Positions 40,477-50,384 are shown, counted from the first letter of the stretch. The stretch is 64,000 nucleotides of DNA from an uncultured Spirochaetota bacterium (GCA_963781885.1 CAWAHW010000002.1:1472001-1536000); one strand, 5' to 3'. Numbers and translations are program-made. Notes: generated from the letters alone by a model not told the origin.

Positions 40477-41664
40477 CTATTTCTTCCCCGACAGGATCAT
40501 TGAGAACCACCACGGGATCGTGATGAAATTCCCGATTGCAGCGCCGAGTGTTGAAAGAAAAAAGACGATGAGGATGTGCGTGACCCGGTTCGTGTAGAAT
40601 CCCTTGAAGCTCCCGACGTCCTCTGACAGGCTTTCCACGTCCTTTACCCGCGGTTTTCGCAGGAACGCTTCGGTGACGCCCGTGAACAGCCCAATTTTTC
40701 CGAATGGATTCATGGTTCCAATCGGGGCCATGACGAAAGCAACGACGATGGTGATCGGGTGCGCAAGGGAAAGGGCGGCGCCCACCGCGGCAAGCCCGCC
40801 GTGGATGATGACCCAGCGCAGGAGCATCGCACCCGTCATGCTCCAGCCCGCCTTGATGAAGCCGGCCGCGAACAAGGCAATGATGATGCCCGGGATGGCC
40901 CAGGGAAGCACCCGACCCGCCACGGTTCTCGGTGCAAGCTCGTCCAGGGAGGTGACGTCGACCGCCTTCTGGTTCTCGGCAAAGCTCGTGATGTGCGCCG
41001 CAATCCCCGGCAGGTGCCCCGCCCCTACGACCGCCACGATGCGCTTCCCTTCAGCTTCAAAAATACGCGCCGCAAGGTACAGGTCGCGCTCGTCGATCAG
41101 GACCGCCTTTGCCGCCGGGAGAAAATCGGAAAGCTCCTCCATCATGCTCTGCAGGACGTCCTTCTCCTTGAGCTTCTCGATGTCTTCCGCGCTCAGCTTC
41201 TCATTTGAGAAGACGGAGGCGACCATGGCGGAAAGCATCTTCATCTTGCCCCAGAAGCGCGTCTTGCTCCACGCCCGGCGCAGCGTGGTCTGGATGTTGC
41301 GGTCGCAAAGGGAGAACGGGATGCCCAGCTCCTGTGCCGTCTGCACGGCGGCGAGCATGTCCTCGCCCGGCTTCACGCCGAGGTCCTTGCCCAGCCTTCG
41401 CTGGAAGGAAGCAAGCACAAGGTTTGCCATGAGCAGGAAGCCCTTGCCCTGACGGATCACCTTCCCGACGTTCAGGTTCTGCCAGTTGCTTCCCTGGGTC
41501 ATCGAGGTATGCCGGCCCTCGTCGAGCTCCACGCACACGCGGTCGGGTTTCTCCTCCGCGATGACGCTTCGCACCTCGTCGACACTCTCCCGCGAGACAT
41601 GCGCCGTGCCGACAAGCACGATCTCCCTGTCGCCGACCGCAAGCCTCACCCTCTGCTGTTCCAT
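40477..41664 (-). CDS. TraB/PrgY/GumN (pheromone-shutdown-like) family membrane protein
   Basis: LVGTAHVS, VCVELD, PG.DM, DR.I..TL.R, LIDERD, VVGAGH; C-terminal TM helices. Confidence 0.9.
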   Translation of the reverse strand: MEQQRVRLAVGDREIVLVGTAHVSRESVDEVRSVIAEEKPDRVCVELDEGRHTSMTQGSNWQNLNVGKVIRQGKGFLLMANLVLASFQRRLGKDLGVKPGEDMLAAVQTAQELGIPFSLCDRNIQTTLRRAWSKTRFWGKMKMLSAMVASVFSNEKLSAEDIEKLKEKDVLQSMMEELSDFLPAAKAVLIDERDLYLAARIFEAEGKRIVAVVGAGHLPGIAAHITSFAENQKAVDVTSLDELAPRTVAGRVLPWAIPGIIIALFAAGFIKAGWSMTGAMLLRWVIIHGGLAAVGAALSLAHPITIVVAFVMAPIGTMNPFGKIGLFTGVTEAFLRKPRVKDVESLSEDVGSFKGFYTNRVTHILIVFFLSTLGAAIGNFITIPWWFSMILSGKK

Positions 41665-41852
41665 TCCGTTCCTTTCCAGCCGTCCGCCGATCGCTCTGTG
41701 TAGCCCGATCTTGCCGTTTATTCAAGCCGCGGCCGCGCGCTGCCCCGCAAGCCCCGGCCGTCGGGGTGCCTTGCCCCTGCCCGGGCCTCAATGGCATCCT
41801 TGTTTGCGTCGATATTCGGGATAGACCCCGTGGCCAGGAGGGATGCCGTCTC

Positions 41853-43008
41853 GTGAGCACCGTTTGTCCCAAATGCGGTTTCGACCTCGAACCAGGCGCA
41901 CCGTGCCCGATGTGCGGGTATTCTGCCGACTCCCGGGCAGCAGTCAGCCGCGCCCGCGCGGAGCCCCCGGAAGAAAAGCAACCGCGGCACCCTTGGCGTT
42001 CTTGGCGCGGCCGTCTTCGGCCTCCTGGCTGTCCTTGTCTTCTTCATCCTGAGCGATCTGAGCAAGCAGTCAAAGGAAAACACTTCCGCGGCCGCTGCAT
42101 CCGTTTCGGCAGCTCCGGTGCCCAGCACGGCGCCGTCCGCGACAACGTCGCCTGAGGCCGCCGCCGGGGCTCAGCCTGCTGCGTTGAGCCATGCCTTGAT
42201 CGATGAGAACGAAAAGGCATTCGACATCAGCAAGCGCACCGAATCCCCTCCCACGACCACCAAGACGGCATTCATCGCATGGATGACATCGCACACCGAC
42301 CAGACAGCCCGGTACCTATCCCTGAAGTGGGACCTGGCGCAGAAGATGCTCCGCGCCAAATCGATCACGCACCAGCGCACCCTTGAGGCGTTCCTGCTCG
42401 CGCCGCGCGAATTTTTTGCGCGCGACACGCGGCGCGCCTACGACGATGCCGCGCTCCCCATCGGCTACGGACAGACCATCTCTGGTCCGCAGATGGTCGG
42501 GCGCATGACGGACTACCTCGACGTGCAGCCCGAGCAGAAGGTGCTGGAGATCGGCACGGGCTCCGGCTATCAGTCGGCCGTGCTCTCCGAGCTTTCCAAT
42601 CACGTCTTCACGATCGAAATCGTGTCCAAGCTCGCGCAGCAGACTGACGCCATCTATCGGAAAAAAGAGACCGTCTATCCCGAATACAAGAACATCCAGC
42701 GCAAGATCGACGACGGCTACTACGGATGGCTGGAGCATGCCCCGTTCGACAGGATCATCGTCACCTGCGGCATCGATCACGTGCCGCCCGAGCTCATCCA
42801 GGAGCTTGCCCCGGATGGGATCATGGTCATTCCGGTGGGACCGCCTTCGGGTCAGACGATTCTCAGGATCGTCAAGCACGTCAATGCGGACGGCTCCGTG
42901 AGCCTCGACCGCGAGGACATATTCCAGGGCAAGAAGAAGCAGGTCTTCGTGCCCTTCACGAGCAGGGACGGCCTGCACAGGCTGGATACCGGGAAACCCC
43001 AGAAATGA
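41853..43008 (+). CDS. pcm: Protein-L-isoaspartate O-methyltransferase with N-terminal zinc ribbon + TM anchor (apparent frameshift at ~41920-41970)
   Basis: PIMT motifs PRE.F, LPIGYGQTIS, VLEIGTGSGYQ, APFDRIIVT, G.MVIPVG. The PIMT frame is open back to 41857 and includes a TM helix; CPKC..CPMC sits in the adjacent frame from GTG 41853 (AGGAGG upstream). Confidence 0.8.
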
Positions 43009-45608
43009 GGCTTCGCGCGATGCGCCTCTCCGACACGCGCTTCACGGCACTCTTCCTGGTGTCCGTGGTGATCCTTGCCTTCGAGATCGAGGTCATGCGC
43101 GTCTTCTCCACCACGAGCTGGTCCAACTTCGGCTCCATGGTGATCAGCATCGGCCTCCTTGGGTTCGGGCTTTCCGGAACCGTCCTGACGCTTTTTGGAG
43201 AGCGTCTGCGCGCCAATCCCGACTCCTGGCTGTCCTCCTCAGCTTTCGCGCTCGCACCTTCGCTTGCCATCGCCCACACCGTCGCCCAACGCGTTCCCTT
43301 CAATCCGGTCCTGATTGCAACCGATCCCAGCCAGCTCTGGTGGATCGGGCTTTATTACGTCCTGTATGGCATTCCCTTTTTCATTGCCGGCATCTTCATC
43401 GGTGCGATGTTCGCCGCGCTTTCCGGCCGCATGCATTCCCTTTATTTCTGGAACATGATCGGGTCCGGCCTTGGCGGGCTCCTTGTGCTCGTGTTCATGT
43501 TCCTGTTTCCGCCCAGCTACCTGATCTACCCCCTTGTTGGCGTGGCGATTCTTCCCGCGCTCCTCTGCTGCGTGCAGTGGAGCACTGAAAGGGACACGTT
43601 CGTCCTGCGCGCCATGGAGGCTCTGATCTGCATCGTGATGGGAGCAATGAGCCTGCTGCTCCTTGCCCGCTTCGGCGGCGCCCACGTGTCGGATTTCAAG
43701 CCGGAAAGCTACGCGCGCACGTATCCGGACTCCAAGCTCGTCTATGAATCCTGGAGCCCGCTGGGAGAAACGCGAGTCTTTTCAAGCTCCTATTTCCACT
43801 TCGCGCCCGGCCTGAGCGACGCGGCGAGCGTCAGCCTTGCAAAGATGCCGCAGAACGCGTTCCTGGGCATGTACGTGGACGGCAACGGGCCCGTGGGCAT
43901 CATGCGCAGGATGAGCGACGAGGAGAAGGGATACATCGATTACCTTCCCATGTCCGCGCCGTATCGCCTCCTCACGAGGCCGAGGGTGCTCCTCCTGCGT
44001 CTCGGGGGCGGCGCGGGAATACAGACGGCCCTGTACCACGATTCGCGCGATGTCTGGGTGGTGGAATCGAATCCCGACCTCATCCACATGCTTCGCGACG
44101 TGCCCTATTTCACCTCCTACACGGGCGACGTGCTGCGCAATCCGCGCGTGAAGCTCGTGCCGTCCGAGGTGCGTGCATTCGCGGCGTCCACGAAGGAGCG
44201 ATTCGACCTGGTGGAAATCGGCCTTATCGATTCCATCGGACTTTCCCAGGCCGGCGGTTACTCGGTGGAGGAGAACTACACCTACACGGAGGAAGCAATC
44301 AGGGAGTACCTGAAATGCCTTTCACCCGGGGGAATGCTTTCCATCACCGTCTGGGACAGGCTCAGCCCGCCGCGGAACGTGCCCAAGCTGCTCTCCACCG
44401 TGAACGAAGCGCTGCGGCGTGCCGGCGTGCCCAACCCCGAGAAAAAAGTCTTTGTCTTCAGCCTGCTGCTTTCAACAGCGACAGTGCTCGTGAAAAACGG
44501 CGATTTCACCGCCGATGAAATCGCGAAGCTCACGCAGTACTGCCAGCGCATGTCATTCGACGTGGACTACGCCCCGGGCGTTCCCGCGACGACAACGAGC
44601 TTCGAGAGCATCCTGGCGGAGTATGGAAAGTTGTATGGAGTGGGATCTGAGGCGGGGGCAGACACCGCGGACAGCTCGATCCCGCTGCTCCCGAAGGAGC
44701 TTTACCGGGATTCGATGCTCTGGCAGTTTGCCGGAAGACAGGAAGAGCTCTATCAACGCTACATTTTCGATATTCGGCCTGCCACGGACGACAAGCCGTA
44801 TTATTCGGGTTATCTGAAGCCGGCCACTCTTCCCCGATTCGCCGTCCACCTTGGCGAGATTCCAGAGGAATGGGGTTACATCCTTCTTCTTGCCACGTTC
44901 GTGCAGTCGCTCATCTTCGGTCTGCTGGTGATCCTGGTCCCCGTGACCACGCGCTGGCGCGAGCTTTTCAGGGCCCGGCGCGGCACACTGGGGGTGATCC
45001 TCTATTTCGCCTGCCTGGGGCTTGGCTACATGATGGCCGAGATTTACCTCATCCAGAAGTTCGTTTTCTACCTGATGGATCCCGTCTATGCCAATTCCCT
45101 GGTCATCACGATTCTTTTGATTGCGTCAGGCTTCGGAAGCGTCGTTTCCGCGCGTTTTTCCGCAAAGCGATGGATAGCCGTTGCCGTGGCCTGCGGCGGC
45201 ATTCTCCTGATGACGGCATTTTGCCTTTTTGGCCTCACGCCCGCGCTCAACGCCACCCTTGGCCTTCCCCTGGTGGTAAAGGCCCTCCTGTCGATCGTCT
45301 TTATCGCGCCGCTGGGTCTTTGCCTCGGGGTCCCCTTCCCCACCGCTCTTTCAGCTCTTTCGGAATCGCGGAAAGGAATCATCCCCTGGGCATGGGGTGT
45401 CAACGGCGCTCTGTCAGTCAGCGGTTCCGTGCTGACACGGATCCTGTCCACGTCACTTGGATTCAGCACTGTCCTTGCAATAATGGCAGCGCTCTATCTT
45501 GTTGCGGCCGCCATCTTTCCAGTGAACGCGCTGCGCACGCGCCTGAAAGAGCAGAACGGCCTCCTTGCAAAGGCCGACGGCATGAGGCAGCAGGCGGGCG
45601 TTATTTAA
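43005..45608 (+). CDS. Polytopic membrane protein with an internal spermidine-synthase-like SAM-binding domain
   Basis: ATGA overlap with pcm; N-terminal TM bundle; VLLL.LGGG, VE.NP, EVR.F......FDL, YTEEA..EYL..L.PGG; C-terminal TM bundle ending WAWGVNG..SV.GS. Confidence 0.85.
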   Translation: MRLRAMRLSDTRFTALFLVSVVILAFEIEVMRVFSTTSWSNFGSMVISIGLLGFGLSGTVLTLFGERLRANPDSWLSSSAFALAPSLAIAHTVAQRVPFNPVLIATDPSQLWWIGLYYVLYGIPFFIAGIFIGAMFAALSGRMHSLYFWNMIGSGLGGLLVLVFMFLFPPSYLIYPLVGVAILPALLCCVQWSTERDTFVLRAMEALICIVMGAMSLLLLARFGGAHVSDFKPESYARTYPDSKLVYESWSPLGETRVFSSSYFHFAPGLSDAASVSLAKMPQNAFLGMYVDGNGPVGIMRRMSDEEKGYIDYLPMSAPYRLLTRPRVLLLRLGGGAGIQTALYHDSRDVWVVESNPDLIHMLRDVPYFTSYTGDVLRNPRVKLVPSEVRAFAASTKERFDLVEIGLIDSIGLSQAGGYSVEENYTYTEEAIREYLKCLSPGGMLSITVWDRLSPPRNVPKLLSTVNEALRRAGVPNPEKKVFVFSLLLSTATVLVKNGDFTADEIAKLTQYCQRMSFDVDYAPGVPATTTSFESILAEYGKLYGVGSEAGADTADSSIPLLPKELYRDSMLWQFAGRQEELYQRYIFDIRPATDDKPYYSGYLKPATLPRFAVHLGEIPEEWGYILLLATFVQSLIFGLLVILVPVTTRWRELFRARRGTLGVILYFACLGLGYMMAEIYLIQKFVFYLMDPVYANSLVITILLIASGFGSVVSARFSAKRWIAVAVACGGILLMTAFCLFGLTPALNATLGLPLVVKALLSIVFIAPLGLCLGVPFPTALSALSESRKGIIPWAWGVNGALSVSGSVLTRILSTSLGFSTVLAIMAALYLVAAAIFPVNALRTRLKEQNGLLAKADGMRQQAGVI

Positions 45609-45795
45609 TCCGCGCCAGCGCCTCCGCGATTTTTGGCGTGCGTTCTGGATCAAGCCACGCGCGCTCCATCCAGAACCCACGCACAACCTCGGAGCGCATC
45701 ACCGGCTCTCCCGCGGCAAACTCGACAAGGATTTCTCCCTCACGCTTATAGAAGCGATGGGCAAGAGTCTCCGGGTCCAGCACCCAGTACTCCCC
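45601..45795 (-). pseudogene. 3' fragment of a Uma2-family endonuclease gene
   Basis: EYWVLDP...S.VV.GFW....W motif with no N-terminal part. Confidence 0.6.
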
Positions 45796-45941
45796 AGGAC
45801 AATTGAAAGGCGCCGGTAGTATTGACTCGCGCTTTCTGGAGCGTGGTCACCCACGCTTCAAGCGCCGTTGCCCCTGCCGTTTGAATCAGCGATTCCGAGC
45901 TGGCGAAGGAGTGCAGAGCGGTCCGGAATTTCACCGAACGA

Positions 45942-45970
45942 TTGACCGACCAAGCTGAATCTCATAGGCT
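45942..45970 (+). promoter_or_regulatory. Sigma70-type promoter for the DUF4160/DUF2442 module (leaderless)
   Basis: TTGACC-17-TAGGCT; start codon 6 nt after the -10. Confidence 0.6.
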
Positions 45971-45976
45971 GATTGT

Positions 45977-46213
45977 GTGCCTACTATTGCCCAGATTGGG
46001 CCTTATCGACTATTTTTCTACTCGAGTGACCGCAACGAACCAGTACATGTTCACGTGGAAAGAGAGGACAAGGTTGCAAAGGTTTGGCTCGATCCCGTTG
46101 CTTTGGAACAAAGCGGGGGGTTTGGGAGGAAGGAAATATCTGACGTTCTTGACATCGTGTCACAACACGAGAAGTCGATCTTAAGGAGCTGGAATGAGTT
46201 CTTCGAACACTGA
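45977..46213 (+). CDS. DUF4160 family putative toxin
   Basis: MPTI...GPYRLFFYSSD..EPVHVHV...AKVWL...WNEFF. Confidence 0.85.
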   Translation: MPTIAQIGPYRLFFYSSDRNEPVHVHVEREDKVAKVWLDPVALEQSGGFGRKEISDVLDIVSQHEKSILRSWNEFFEH

Positions 46214-46493
46214 TCTGAGGGTATCCCGAATAAGCGATGTTAGAGTCACCAAGGACACGTTATCAGTGGAGCTCGAAGATGGACGGACAATCTCCATCCC
46301 CCTCGGATGGTATCCGCGCCTGCACTTTGGCTCTTCCGAAGAACGACTCAACTGGCATCTCATCGGGGCAGGAGAGGGCGTGCGCTGGCCCGCCCTGGAC
46401 GAAGATGTCAGTGTGGAAGATTTGATTCTTGGCAGGCGATCAGGGGAGAGTCAAGCGTCGTTGAAACGGTGGCGAGAGAGCCACAGAACTTAA
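46194..46493 (+). CDS. DUF2442 family putative antitoxin
   Basis: L.VELEDGR.ISIPL.WYPRL...G.GVRWPALDEDVSVE. Confidence 0.88.
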   Translation: MSSSNTDLRVSRISDVRVTKDTLSVELEDGRTISIPLGWYPRLHFGSSEERLNWHLIGAGEGVRWPALDEDVSVEDLILGRRSGESQASLKRWRESHRT

Positions 46494-46540
46494 TTCAGGC
46501 AGGCCACCCCGCGAAAAATATTGCACCACTGGAGTGATGA

Positions 46541-46787
46541 AATGATTCCCGGATTGGAACGGGCGCTCTATGTGAAGAATTTTACGATTCACCTTCGTTT
46601 TACTGACGGAGCTGAAGGCGATGTAGACTTGCATGATGAGTTGCATGGGGAGATTTTCCAGCCATTACGGGACAAGAAGCTATTCCAGCAATTCTCCGTC
46701 CATCCGGAATTTTACACGCTTACTTGGTCCAACGGCGCAGACATTGCCCCGGAGTTTCTTTATGAAAGACTCCGCAGCCCTATCTGA
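46541..46787 (+). CDS. Second DUF2442 family protein; its partner survives only as a short 3' remnant (~46494-46537)
   Basis: LRFTDG..G.VDL...GEIF.PL.D...F.......TLTW.NGADIAPEFLY; preceded by ...GHPAKNIAPLE* resembling a DUF4160 C-terminus. Confidence 0.8.
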
Positions 46788-46862
46788 AGGTCGAAGATCC
46801 GCGGTCCAAGCACAATAATGCAGGGAGAAGGGATCCACCATCCGTCTGATTTTTTGGCAGCA

Positions 46863-47237
46863 TCACCAGTGGGCCGAAGGAAAATGGGCAAGTATCGATT
46901 CATCCTTTGTCACAAGGACGACTCCGGCGGAAATCGCCTGGGCAACGATGATCCGATCGAATGGATCCCGGGTCCAGCTTTGGCCGATTGCCCGCGCCAT
47001 GACCGCCGGGAATGATGAAGCGTCCTGTTCGAGACCCAACGTCTCATGGAGGTAGGTGAGAATATCGCCGGGGCTTGAACGGAGCCGGCCTATTTCATGC
47101 AGATAGGCCATTTCCAGCAGAACCACGGGAGAGATCGCCAGGCTTTCCTGTTCAAGTGACTCGCGCACCGGGACTGGAAAGCGGGATAGGTCCCCTTGAT
47201 AGAGCCAGACCACGACGTGCGTATCGAGGTGAATCAC
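46863..47237 (-). CDS. vapC: PIN-domain (VapC-type) toxin
   Basis: LDTHVVVW, SPVVLLE, RDPFDRIIVAQA, LVTKD. Confidence 0.9.
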   Translation of the reverse strand: MIHLDTHVVVWLYQGDLSRFPVPVRESLEQESLAISPVVLLEMAYLHEIGRLRSSPGDILTYLHETLGLEQDASSFPAVMARAIGQSWTRDPFDRIIVAQAISAGVVLVTKDESILAHFPSAHW

Positions 47238-47470
47238 GGCAATCCCTTTTCGCCGCTCCAGCTCGACGACCAGTCAATGTGCACAAGATCGTCCAGGCTC
47301 CCAATGACCGCCTCATGACGCTCAAGCCGGTCCAGTCGGCCCGCGGAATCCGCGACAATTCGAATCCGCCTTCCTTTCCGCTCAATGACGGCAGGGATTC
47401 CTGTCCTGAGAACATCATCGAGCACCGCGTAAAGACTCTCCCGAAGTTTTGTTGCGCTTAGCTTCTTCAT
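47234..47470 (-). CDS. Phd/YefM family antitoxin
   Basis: MKKLSATKLRESLYAVLDDVLRTG.P.VIERKG; GTGA overlap with vapC. Confidence 0.85.
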   Translation of the reverse strand: MKKLSATKLRESLYAVLDDVLRTGIPAVIERKGRRIRIVADSAGRLDRLERHEAVIGSLDDLVHIDWSSSWSGEKGLP

Positions 47471-47477
47471 GGCGCAA

Positions 47478-47518
47478 AGCATAGCTCCGTACGTACGTCC
47501 CGTCAATAGCGTACGTAC
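47478..47518 (-). promoter_or_regulatory. Sigma70 promoter with GTACGTAC palindromic operator candidates
   Basis: TTGACG-17-TATGCT on the minus strand, ATG 7 nt downstream; GTACGTAC in the spacer and again at 47511-47518. Confidence 0.6.
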
Positions 47519-47553
47519 TTTACTGGTACCGTAAAAGCGTTTCTCTCGCTTTG

Positions 47554-47976
47554 CTACGTCGCTTCCAGGATTTTCCCGACATGAAGGAGAAGAGCTTCCG
47601 CGATACTGATGGCCCCGACAGCATCCTCGACAAAAAAGGCCTGATCGGGTGTGATGTCCGGGAGCCCGTTCGGGTACCGAGTCGGGACATAGTAGCGATC
47701 CAACCTTGCGCCATCAACGGCGCGATCGATGAAAGTGTTGAAAGTCGCGATATCGAGGTGCCTGAGCTCATTGATGAGCCTGCTCACGGAATGCCCCCAG
47801 GGATCGCCACCGAGAAAGTACCAAACCGCTTTCATCGCCTTCTCTGCCGCCTGCTGCGCGTGGAAGCATGCATGCGCGAACCTTCCGGCTTGAAGAAGGA
47901 CCTTTGCGGTCGTGAGGTCCTCATTGCCTGTCTTCAGCCAGCGCAGGGCCTCGAGCCTATTCTTTTCCGCGCTCAT
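47554..47976 (-). CDS. HEPN domain protein (MNT-HEPN pair 1)
   Basis: W...G.EDL..A, ACFHAQQAAEKAMKA, WGHS, LDRYYVPTRYPN. Confidence 0.9.
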   Translation of the reverse strand: MSAEKNRLEALRWLKTGNEDLTTAKVLLQAGRFAHACFHAQQAAEKAMKAVWYFLGGDPWGHSVSRLINELRHLDIATFNTFIDRAVDGARLDRYYVPTRYPNGLPDITPDQAFFVEDAVGAISIAEALLLHVGKILEAT

Positions 47977-48292
47977 AGATCAGCTTCCCCTCCGCGAGAG
48001 CTCTGCGAATGAATGGCCGATCGCGATTGCGGTCCAGTTCCTCCGGCGTATAAATAAGGATGTCCAGTTCCATGAACGGAAGAGCCTGGCGGAGGCCGGA
48101 AATCTTGTCGTAGCGCGCGAAAAAGCGTGCACTCGTTTCCATAACAAGGAGAATATCCAGGTCGCTTTTTCTGTCCTGCGTACCGCGCGCATGCGATCCG
48201 AAGATAATGGCCTTCTCAACGCCGCATTGCTCGAGAATCGGCAGCAACAATTCCCGAATCTCTTCCAGCCTGAGCGCGGCAACAGGGCTCAT
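47957..48292 (-). CDS. Minimal nucleotidyltransferase (MNT), pair 1
   Basis: FGSHARG.....SDLD; DILIYTPEE. Confidence 0.9.
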   Translation of the reverse strand: MSPVAALRLEEIRELLLPILEQCGVEKAIIFGSHARGTQDRKSDLDILLVMETSARFFARYDKISGLRQALPFMELDILIYTPEELDRNRDRPFIRRALAEGKLIYERGKE

Positions 48293-48419
48293 ACTCGGAA
48301 TGGTAGAATCCCTATCTTTGGAAGTCAATCGGAGCCGAATGGCCTCCTGGCAAGGGCCGACAGTAGAAGGCAGCAGGCGCGCGGTTGAGCGCTATCCAAC
48401 GTTCGTGTACCATTACAAC

Positions 48420-48764
48420 ATGGATGCCGCGGCGATTCTGACGGATGAGGAAGTTCGAGCCGCCTTGTCCACGCTCAAAGAGCGCCTGAACACGGTGCTG
48501 GGAAACGCGCTCGTGAAGCTTGTTCTGTACGGCTCCCGAGCCCGCGGCGATGCAGATCCTGATTCAGACGTGGATGTTGCCATTGTCGTACGAGGGCTGG
48601 ATAAGGTGCTCAAAGAGCGCATCCTCCGCGTCGTGACGGATATCGAGCTGGACAGCCTTGTGCCGCTTTCCACAATGATCCTGTCAGAGAATGCCTACCT
48701 TCAGCTTCTCGATAAAGAACGCCGGCTCGCGCTTGATATTGAGCGTGAGGGGGTCCCCTTGTGA
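48420..48764 (+). CDS. Minimal nucleotidyltransferase (MNT), pair 2
   Basis: LYGSRARGDA..DSDVD; ends IEREGVPL. Confidence 0.9.
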   Translation: MDAAAILTDEEVRAALSTLKERLNTVLGNALVKLVLYGSRARGDADPDSDVDVAIVVRGLDKVLKERILRVVTDIELDSLVPLSTMILSENAYLQLLDKERRLALDIEREGVPL

Positions 48765-49168
48765 CCGAAATCAACCGGGAAGCCGCCATCCAGGAGGAAT
48801 TGAGCTGTGCTGACGGTGCGTTTGCGGCGTCCAGGCTCCTTTCCGAAAAAGGCTTTCCACTGGATGCCGTCTCGCGATTGTATTACTCGGTCCTGTATCG
48901 CGTAAGGGCGCTGCTTCTCACCGAGGGTTTGGAGCCAAAAAGCCACGAAGGGGCTCTTCGGCTTCTTTCCATGCACTTCGTAAAGGCGGGGCGACTTCAA
49001 CCGGAGGATTCGCACCTTTTTTCCCGACTGATGAAGTATAGGGAGGAGGCGGACTACAATCCTTCGTACTCATTTTCTGCCGATGATGTGCGCACACTGC
49101 ATGACGAAGCGGCCAGTTTTTCGAAACGCGTCCTCGATCTCATACGCCAGGCAAGGCTCAATGGGTAA
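48761..49168 (+). CDS. HEPN domain protein (MNT-HEPN pair 2)
   Basis: AVSRLYY, ALL......KSH.G....F, REEADY. Confidence 0.9.
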   Translation: MTEINREAAIQEELSCADGAFAASRLLSEKGFPLDAVSRLYYSVLYRVRALLLTEGLEPKSHEGALRLLSMHFVKAGRLQPEDSHLFSRLMKYREEADYNPSYSFSADDVRTLHDEAASFSKRVLDLIRQARLNG

Positions 49169-49174
49169 AGCCTT

Positions 49175-49561
49175 CTAAATCGGGTCCCAGACGCGGTCGA
49201 ACCCGAAGTCGGAGAAGTCCGTCACATTCCCCGCTGCACGCAAAGTCAGGGCGAGCCTTGCATCGATAATTCGGCGACGAGCGAATGCCGGTGTTCCAGC
49301 GTGCTGCCAGACCTCACCCATGACGGGCATGCATTCGACCAACCGCCACAGGGGATTCGAGCGATATCCCTCACACACTTGTGCGGCCTCTTTTGCCGAA
49401 TAGGGATCAGGGAACACGGCCGGATTCCGCATCAACAGGTAGATGCAATCACGACGTCGTTACGGTCGCTCAATTGAAGGAGAAAACTCCGGGCCCGCTC
49501 ATGCTCGGAAATGCTTTTGTTCAGAGATATAGATGATGATGTTTGCGTCGAATGAGGCCAT
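49175..49561 (-). pseudogene. Degraded PIN/VapC toxin
   Basis: Starts MASFDANII; frameshifts and apparent internal deletions; C-terminus RRIIDARLA..L...N..DF..FGF.RVWDPI. Confidence 0.7.
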
Positions 49562-49570
49562 CCAAGCTCC

Positions 49571-49816
49571 CTACGCCCTACCCGCCTCATCCTTTTCTAC
49601 CAGATCGCGCCAATTGTCAGAGACGATCTTTGGAACGCCCAAATCCCTCGGGTCGGGGAGCGTCCAAGCGCCCCGATGCTTGTTGGGTGGATATTGAGCA
49701 ACCATCTGCTCGACGGCGCGTCTGAAGACTTCGGATACGCTCCAATCCTGCAGGGCTGCGACGCGCTTGACCTCACGATAGAGGGGTTCAGGTATCTGAA
49801 CCTGAGTCCTTTTCAT
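49571..49816 (-). CDS. RHH/CopG-type antitoxin
   Basis: MKRTQVQIPEPLYREVKRVA....SVSEVFRRAVE. Confidence 0.8.
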   Translation of the reverse strand: MKRTQVQIPEPLYREVKRVAALQDWSVSEVFRRAVEQMVAQYPPNKHRGAWTLPDPRDLGVPKIVSDNWRDLVEKDEAGRA

Positions 49817-49916
49817 ACCATCACTAGTACAGCGCTGCCTTATTGAGGTCAATGATGGAATCGACTCGATCTCTCCACAGGAATGCCCTCAAGGGCTTGC
49901 TGCCAGAGGTGGCCGG

Positions 49917-50384
49917 CTACATGGGGGGTAGGTGGGAAGGAGGCTCTTGGGCCGCCGACAATGGATCGCGGACCTTCAGTCCGGGAACAACGACAAATCC
50001 CGCATCGTGCGTCAAGATTTCGGTCACGCCGGCATCGAGAGCGACCAGGCCTATCTGAAGGTCGAAAATCCGAGGCCCCCGGATATCGAGCTGCTCGGCG
50101 ATTTGCATGCATCGAGGCACAAGCGAGGCAGGCGGCGGAAAAATCGTTGCCCCTCCTGTTTGAATCAGCGATTCGATGAAACGTCGGGCTGTTGCGGGCA
50201 GCGATCCGCCACCGACGCTTGAAGCGTGGGTGACCACGCTCCAGAACTCAAGAATGCAAGGCGAAGGGATCCCCCATCCATCTGAATCGTTGGCAGCTTC
50301 TTCTATCGCGCGACGTGCAGCTCCGTGCTCCGGGCACCCGGCACGATGCGCATAAATGAGAAGGTTGGTGTCAACCGCGATCAC
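49917..50384 (-). CDS. vapC: PIN-domain (VapC-type) toxin
   Basis: IAVDTNLLIYAH, EFWSVVTH, G.RIFDLQI, ILTHD.GF. Confidence 0.9.
   Translation of the reverse strand: MIAVDTNLLIYAHRAGCPEHGAARRAIEEAANDSDGWGIPSPCILEFWSVVTHASSVGGGSLPATARRFIESLIQTGGATIFPPPASLVPRCMQIAEQLDIRGPRIFDLQIGLVALDAGVTEILTHDAGFVVVPGLKVRDPLSAAQEPPSHLPPM

Noticed and set aside
40477-41664. TraB-family gene as evidence of conjugation
   Set aside because: It belongs to the TraB/PrgY/GumN family that is common on chromosomes; no T4SS or relaxase genes are present.
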